From Patescibacteria group bacterium (lineage in GTDB: Bacteria; Patescibacteriota; Gracilibacteria; UBA4473), in NCBI GenBank assembly GCA_965660445.1, contig CBFIAK010000001.1, positions 32,001-96,000 on the forward strand: a stretch of 64,000 nt of DNA, read 5' to 3'. Positions 58,811-64,000 of this stretch are shown in pieces; position 1 is the stretch's first letter, and each line of letters starts with the position of its first letter. The position numbers and the translations under genes are program-made. The notes below the pieces were generated by a model. It was not told the DNA's origin and did not search any database. It saw only the letters and a program-made list of their open reading frames with translations.

Positions 58811-60247
58811 TTATGATTTCTTTTTTCCTTTTTTGAGTCGTTCCTCATGTGATTCCATCGCATCTCGAAATTCAACCACAAGTGGGGTTCCAAAAAAACC
58901 AAATTTTTCTCTTAATTTGTTTTCAACATATCGTTTATACGAAAAATGAAACGCTTTTTTATTATTCACGAAAAAGAGAAACTTTGGAGGAAGCGTATCA
59001 ACCTGTGACGCATATTTAATCACTCCGCGTTTCGTCCCTACCATAGGCGTTATGTGCTGGTAATAAACATCTGGAATAAACCGATTCAGCTCCGCCGTTG
59101 AGACTCGCTTATTCATTTCTGAAAAAATTCCTCTTAAGGTTTCAAAAAGATCCTGCACTCCTTTTCCTGTTTTTGCTGAAAAAAAGACAACAGGCGCCCA
59201 TGATGCAAATGGTATTTTCTGATGCAAATAATGCCAATAATCTTTTTTTACCCGATCTAAGTCTTTTCCCCACATTGGTATTTCTTCTAAATCTCGTTCA
59301 TCTGTTTCCTCTTGTGCTTTTGTTTTTTCTCGTACTAAATCAAATTTATTCACCCCAATAACAAGCCCTTTTCCGGCATCAATAGCAGCACCTGCGAGTG
59401 CTAAATCTTGATGAGTAACTCCATCCAGAGCATCAATGAGTAAAATTGCCACATGGCACGTTTCAATCGCTCGTTTTGTTCTTACAGAACTCCAAAACTC
59501 AATATCACGTTCAATACGCCCTGGACGACGAAGACCAGCGGTATCTAAAAACATATACGATTGTCCTGATTCATCAGTGTATGCCACATCAATAGTATCA
59601 CGAGTTGTCCCTGCTATTTCTGATACCACTGATCGTTTTTGCCCCAAAATACTATTAAGCAAAGAACTTTTCCCAACATTTGGTCGCCCCAAAAATGCAA
59701 CCCGAAGAGTATCTGTTTCTTCTGTTACTTCTGGTTCTTTTCCATGCCCTTTTTCCATCAATAATGCCTCGAGGGCATCTTCAAGTTCCCACATCCCAGC
59801 ATAATTTTTTGCAGAAATAGCAAGTGGTACTCCAAACCCAAACTCTGCATATTCAAATAAATGCATATTTGAACCATCATCAATTTTATTCGCTACAAAA
59901 ATAAGTGGTTTTTTCTTTCGTCTTAATGACTCAATAATATCATAGTCATCAGTAGTGAGTGGATTCTTCCCGTCAATTAAAAACAAAATCAAATCGGCAT
60001 TATCAGAAGCTAATCGTGCTTGTGTTTGAATTTCCGCATCAAGATTTTCTCCCTTCGTATTCGTAAGCCCCGCGGTATCTAAAAGCCAGTAATCAACTTT
60101 TTCACCATGTATCTTTTCCATAAGACTATCTCGAGTAGTTCCAGATATTGGAGATGTAATCGCTTTGTTCTGTTTCGCAAAACAATTAAAAAGGGTTGAT
60201 TTTCCTACATTGGGTCTCCCAACGATAGCAACAAGAGGCAGTGACAT
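58811..60247 (-). CDS. der: Ribosome biogenesis GTPase Der/EngA
   Basis: Tandem GRPNVGKS, GTTRD and DTAG domains plus a KH-like tail. Confidence 0.96.
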   Translation of the reverse strand: MSLPLVAIVGRPNVGKSTLFNCFAKQNKAITSPISGTTRDSLMEKIHGEKVDYWLLDTAGLTNTKGENLDAEIQTQARLASDNADLILFLIDGKNPLTTDDYDIIESLRRKKKPLIFVANKIDDGSNMHLFEYAEFGFGVPLAISAKNYAGMWELEDALEALLMEKGHGKEPEVTEETDTLRVAFLGRPNVGKSSLLNSILGQKRSVVSEIAGTTRDTIDVAYTDESGQSYMFLDTAGLRRPGRIERDIEFWSSVRTKRAIETCHVAILLIDALDGVTHQDLALAGAAIDAGKGLVIGVNKFDLVREKTKAQEETDERDLEEIPMWGKDLDRVKKDYWHYLHQKIPFASWAPVVFFSAKTGKGVQDLFETLRGIFSEMNKRVSTAELNRFIPDVYYQHITPMVGTKRGVIKYASQVDTLPPKFLFFVNNKKAFHFSYKRYVENKLREKFGFFGTPLVVEFRDAMESHEERLKKGKKKS

Positions 60248-60309
60248 AAAAAAAAGAATAGAGTGGATTTCAACTTAACAAATATTAAATACTTTGTAAA
60301 ATAAACACA

Positions 60310-61620
60310 ATGATAAATGCTCTCCGCCATATAATTCCAGAACGGTTTCCATTGCGATTATGGTACCATAAAACTTCTGCGATGCTTGCTAGCACTGTTT
60401 ATAGGTTTCCAGGACACCATATGAGCGTTATTGCTGTTACTGGAACAAGTGGAAAATCAACAACAATCGAGCTTTTGCATTATATTCTCAGTAGTGCTGG
60501 TTTTAATGTCGGATCTCTTTCAGGAATTCAGTTTCGTATAAAAGACCAAGTATTTCCAAACCATTCACTGCGAACATCTCTCAGACCATGGGATACGCAA
60601 AAATGGCTTCAGAAAATGAAAAAAGAAGGATGTGAGTATGCACTGGTAGAAATATCTTCACATGCTATTGATCAAAATCGACATTGGGGTATTGGTATAG
60701 ATACAGGCGTCATAACCAATATTTATGACCACGAACATCTTGATTACCACAAAACCTTTGAAGCATACAAAAACACAAAACTTCATTTACTCGAATCTCT
60801 CAATCACGAATACCGAAAACCAAACGTTCCAAAACGAGCTATTATTAATAACGATAATCCTGCATGCACAGAAGCACGTCATATTCATTGTGATGATATA
60901 TGGACGTATTCATTTTCAACCGAAAGCGACTATCATGCGACCAACATTGAACTTTCTCAAACAGATATTCAGTTTGATATTCGAATTCCGAACCACGAAG
61001 CCCACATTCGAGTCCCTCTTATTGGAATGCATAACGCACAAAACATACTCTGTGCCATCACTATAGCATCCGCACACGGGGTATCACTCCAACACATACA
61101 AAAATGCCTCGAATCGTTTCCAGGAGTTCCTGCTCGATTAGAACCAATAGGAGATAAAACCCTTGGTTTCTCTCTTCTTTTAGATTATACCTATAAACCA
61201 TCGGCACTCCAAAATGTACTCAAAACACTGAAAAACGTAACCAAAAAGAGACTCGTTGTTGTCTGGGGTGGGGCTGGAGGTCGCAGTGAAGAAAACTGGA
61301 AAGAGTCAGCAAAAGAACTCAAAAAATATGCCGATGAAATAGTACTCACAACTGATGATCCATACGAAAAGGATCCTCGATATATTAGCGAAGTTATAAA
61401 ATCAGTTATCGAACGTCAAGAAGGTGATGGATTTTTTGATATTCCCGACCGATACGAAGCAATACGGTATGCAATTCTAACTGCAGAAAAAGGAGATACG
61501 GTTCTTATTGCCGGAAGAGGACACGAAAGCATCCAAACCATTGGAAAAACAAAAATACAATTTGAAGACAAAAAAGTATGCGAAGAAATACTCCAACACC
61601 GAACTCATTACATAAAATAA
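60310..61620 (+). CDS. murE: MurE-like Mur ligase
   Basis: VTGTSGKST, EISSHA, HEHLDYH, ARLE and AGRGHE motifs. Confidence 0.85.
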   Translation: MINALRHIIPERFPLRLWYHKTSAMLASTVYRFPGHHMSVIAVTGTSGKSTTIELLHYILSSAGFNVGSLSGIQFRIKDQVFPNHSLRTSLRPWDTQKWLQKMKKEGCEYALVEISSHAIDQNRHWGIGIDTGVITNIYDHEHLDYHKTFEAYKNTKLHLLESLNHEYRKPNVPKRAIINNDNPACTEARHIHCDDIWTYSFSTESDYHATNIELSQTDIQFDIRIPNHEAHIRVPLIGMHNAQNILCAITIASAHGVSLQHIQKCLESFPGVPARLEPIGDKTLGFSLLLDYTYKPSALQNVLKTLKNVTKKRLVVVWGGAGGRSEENWKESAKELKKYADEIVLTTDDPYEKDPRYISEVIKSVIERQEGDGFFDIPDRYEAIRYAILTAEKGDTVLIAGRGHESIQTIGKTKIQFEDKKVCEEILQHRTHYIK

Positions 61621-61668
61621 TTCAAAAAAATATTATCATAAAAAAACAAGTCATATCCTTCTTTTTCC

Positions 61669-61698
61669 TTGCCAAAAAAAGCCCTACTCCTCTATAAT
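61669..61698 (+). promoter_or_regulatory. Sigma70-type promoter with no substantial ORF downstream
   Basis: TTGCCA-18 nt-TATAAT. Confidence 0.5.
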
Positions 61699-61755
61699 AA
61701 GACAGCATTGAAAAGTGAAACACTTTGAAATGTACTATTTAGATTGAGAGAAGAG

Positions 61756-61779
61756 AAACCGTCTTTCCGGCGGTTTTTT
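61756..61779 (+). terminator. Plus-strand terminator hairpin
   Basis: AAACCGTC-tttcc-GGCGGTTT followed by a T-run. Confidence 0.6.
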
Positions 61780-61814
61780 CTTGTCTTTTTAAAAAAACAT
61801 ATTTCAATTGATAC

Positions 61815-61850
61815 AAAAAAAACATCTCGATTGCCGAAGCAATCGAGATG
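61815..61850 (-). terminator. Pilin gene terminator
   Basis: Perfect 12-bp stem with a cUUCGg loop and U8 on the minus strand. Confidence 0.8.
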
Positions 61851-61880
61851 AAATAACTATCAAGAGAAAGGAATGATTCC

Positions 61881-62297
61881 TTAGTTTTGACCGCCACTGT
61901 TTTGGTTTCCCGCACCCAGTATAGTATTGACCAAAGCAAACGAAATCAAAACCACAATAATACCAATAGCTGCATACATAAGCACTTTCTTTGCTTTTTC
62001 TGTATCGTCCCCACCAGCTGTAATATACAAGAAACCTCCATAAATTACCATAATAGTAGCAATAAGCCCCAAAAAGAATAGAAAGTAGTTTACAATAGTA
62101 AGAACTCCTTGCCGTGCAGACCCTCCAAAGCTCGTAGACTGCATAACGTTATCTGGATTATCATAGTCATTAATCATTGGACTTGTTGATCCTCCTGTTC
62201 CCACAGTATTACTTTGCGCTAACGCTGGAGTCGCATCAAAAGCGAGAAGTCCTAAAACTGATAGAAATCCAAAAGCGAGAAGAAACATTTTTTTCAT
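61881..62297 (-). CDS. T4SS-type (VirB2/TrbC-like) pilin, paralog of 41507-41890
   Basis: ALAQ, DNP...QSTS.GGS.RQGVLTIVNY, IYGGFLYITAGGDD motifs. Confidence 0.75.
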   Translation of the reverse strand: MKKMFLLAFGFLSVLGLLAFDATPALAQSNTVGTGGSTSPMINDYDNPDNVMQSTSFGGSARQGVLTIVNYFLFFLGLIATIMVIYGGFLYITAGGDDTEKAKKVLMYAAIGIIVVLISFALVNTILGAGNQNSGGQN

Positions 62298-62419
62298 GAT
62301 AATTTGAAATGAATAAAAAATATGTGATTACTTATGGAGTATAATTGCTCACACAAAAAAGCACAATATAGGTTTCGTGTTTTAGATTGACAATATATTC
62401 CAAACCTTTCAGTTTTACA

Positions 62420-63343
62420 CTACTTTGTTGTCAGATAATGTTCTACATCAAGAGCCGCTTTGCAACCCATACCAGCTGCAACAACAGCTTGTTGATAATG
62501 TGGATCAGCACAATCACCAGCAATAAACACGGAAGGAATATTTGAATGAGTATGATTTTTTATCTGTAAATACCCTTTGTCATCCATATCAAGATGTCCC
62601 TTTAAAAATCCGGTACTCGGAATTCTTCCAATAGCCATAAAAAGACCGTCAACTGGAAGTTCACTTGTACTCTTATCTTGAGTATCTGTTAGTTCTAAAG
62701 ATTCAAGTTTTATTTCTCCTTTTAAATCACTCACGGCTTTATTCCAAATAATTTCTATTTTTTCGTTCTCAAACACCCGTTGCTGCATTGGTTTAGAAGC
62801 TCTCAATGAATCACGCCGATGAATAAGATATACCTTGGAAGCAAATTTTGTTAAGAAAGATGCTTCTTCGCACGCCGTATCTCCACCACCAACAACAGCT
62901 ACCGTTTTATTACGAAAGAATGCTCCATCACATGTAGCACAAGCTGTATACCCCTTCCCAAAAAACCGTTCTTCATCTTTTCCTAAACGCAACCATCGGG
63001 CAGCCGCACCAGTAGCAACAATAACACTATCGGCTTCATATTGAGAAACATTGGTTCTTATTTTTAAGTTTTGAGAATCCGAAAAATCAACTGATTCAAC
63101 TGTTTCATACGCAAACCGAGTACCAAATTCTTGTGCTTGAGCTTTCATACGCTGCATAAGCAATGGTCCAGTCATTCCAGGGGATGTTCCTGGAAAGTTT
63201 TCAATATCAGTTGTCCCCATAAGCTGCCCACCAGGATCAGATCCTTCAAAAACAAGTGGTTGTAGGTCTGCACGAGAAGCATATAATGCAGCCGTAAGGC
63301 CTGCAGGGCCTGATCCAATAATGATAAGTTTTTCACGTGTCAT
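62420..63343 (-). CDS. trxB: Thioredoxin reductase
   Basis: IIGSGPAG, CATCDG, VVGGGDTA and IAGDC motifs. Confidence 0.95.
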   Translation of the reverse strand: MTREKLIIIGSGPAGLTAALYASRADLQPLVFEGSDPGGQLMGTTDIENFPGTSPGMTGPLLMQRMKAQAQEFGTRFAYETVESVDFSDSQNLKIRTNVSQYEADSVIVATGAAARWLRLGKDEERFFGKGYTACATCDGAFFRNKTVAVVGGGDTACEEASFLTKFASKVYLIHRRDSLRASKPMQQRVFENEKIEIIWNKAVSDLKGEIKLESLELTDTQDKSTSELPVDGLFMAIGRIPSTGFLKGHLDMDDKGYLQIKNHTHSNIPSVFIAGDCADPHYQQAVVAAGMGCKAALDVEHYLTTK

Positions 63344-63463
63344 AAAAAAGAGAAAGAAAAGAAATACAGTCAAATGGTACTCAAGAAAGAAAAAACTTCA
63401 AAAAAAATATACCTCTGTTATACTTCGCGTTGATCTTGTATTTCTTTATTTATTCTTTCTATC

Positions 63464-64000
63464 ATGAGCATTGAACCATTAAAAACCATGTACACAAACG
63501 CTATTCCGTTTCTAGAAATAATGATTTTAGGAAACAGTGTCGGCAATATCATTTTTTCTTTTGTCCTCTTCTTTGTTTTGTTTTGGATACTTCGTATTTT
63601 TCGAAAAATAATACTCATCAAACTCTCATCGTGGGTCAAAAATACTGAAACCGATATCGATGATGAAATATTAAGTGTTATATCAAACGTATCACCGCTT
63701 TTTTATTGGGTAATTGCATTTTTCATTGCGACACAAAAACTCGTTCTCTCTCCATGGATTGGAAACCTTATTCACGGAATATTTATAGTTATTATTGTGT
63801 ACGAAATCATAAAAGCCACTCAAAACATACTCAACTACATTCTTCAAAAAGTCATCGCCGATAAAGACTCCACCGCGCTGGCTGGGATTAACCTTATTAT
63901 TCGCATTGTCTTATGGAGTATTGGTCTGTTGATGATATTATCAAACCTAGGAATAAATGTTTCAGCTCTTATTGCCAGTATGGGAATTGGAGGTATTGCT
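63464..64000 (+). CDS. MscS family mechanosensitive channel, 3'-truncated by the window edge
   Basis: Frame open to the end; T.T.IDD and LSNLGINVSALIASMGIGGIA (TM2-TM3). Confidence 0.85.
   Translation, partial: MSIEPLKTMYTNAIPFLEIMILGNSVGNIIFSFVLFFVLFWILRIFRKIILIKLSSWVKNTETDIDDEILSVISNVSPLFYWVIAFFIATQKLVLSPWIGNLIHGIFIVIIVYEIIKATQNILNYILQKVIADKDSTALAGINLIIRIVLWSIGLLMILSNLGINVSALIASMGIGGIA

Noticed and set aside
1-64000. Alternative genetic code (TGA = Gly, as in some Gracilibacteria and Absconditabacteria)
   Set aside because: Long Gly-rich genes (rpoB, fusA, uvrA) are intact under the standard code, and TGA acts as a stop at coupled ATGA/TGATG junctions and at the end of mnmA.

Overview
AT-rich bacterial chromosome segment in the standard genetic code. 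It looks like a CPR/Patescibacteria genome (inference): short AlaRS, DUF4012-type protein, T4SS-type pilins, few Shine-Dalgarno sites and broken-up core operons. Most of the window is housekeeping genes: lgt, dgt, rpe, alaS, holB, tsaD, fusA, smpB, nrdR, adk, map, clpC, grpE, mnmA, rpoB, recG, topA, hisS, mraY, uvrA, der, murE and trxB, plus tRNA-Ser(GGA) and tRNA-Gly(GCC). The main accessory region is 27419-34408, where two related elements sit in tandem at the tRNA-Ser 3' end, bounded by three TGGCGG cores. One carries only a 900-aa RecD-like helicase. The other carries a large serine recombinase plus a compact integron-like system. That system has an IntI-like tyrosine recombinase lacking the IntI-specific insertion, an attI-like site, a Pc-like promoter and two gene cassettes whose start cores exactly complement their own attC-like inverse cores. 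The cassette sites have extra structure: inverted repeats bracketing each ORF and one-strand GNA-triloop/tandem G.A mini-hairpins. The same hairpin motif recurs in a trailer shared by both tRNA loci. All calls come from reading the sequence by eye; no searches were run.
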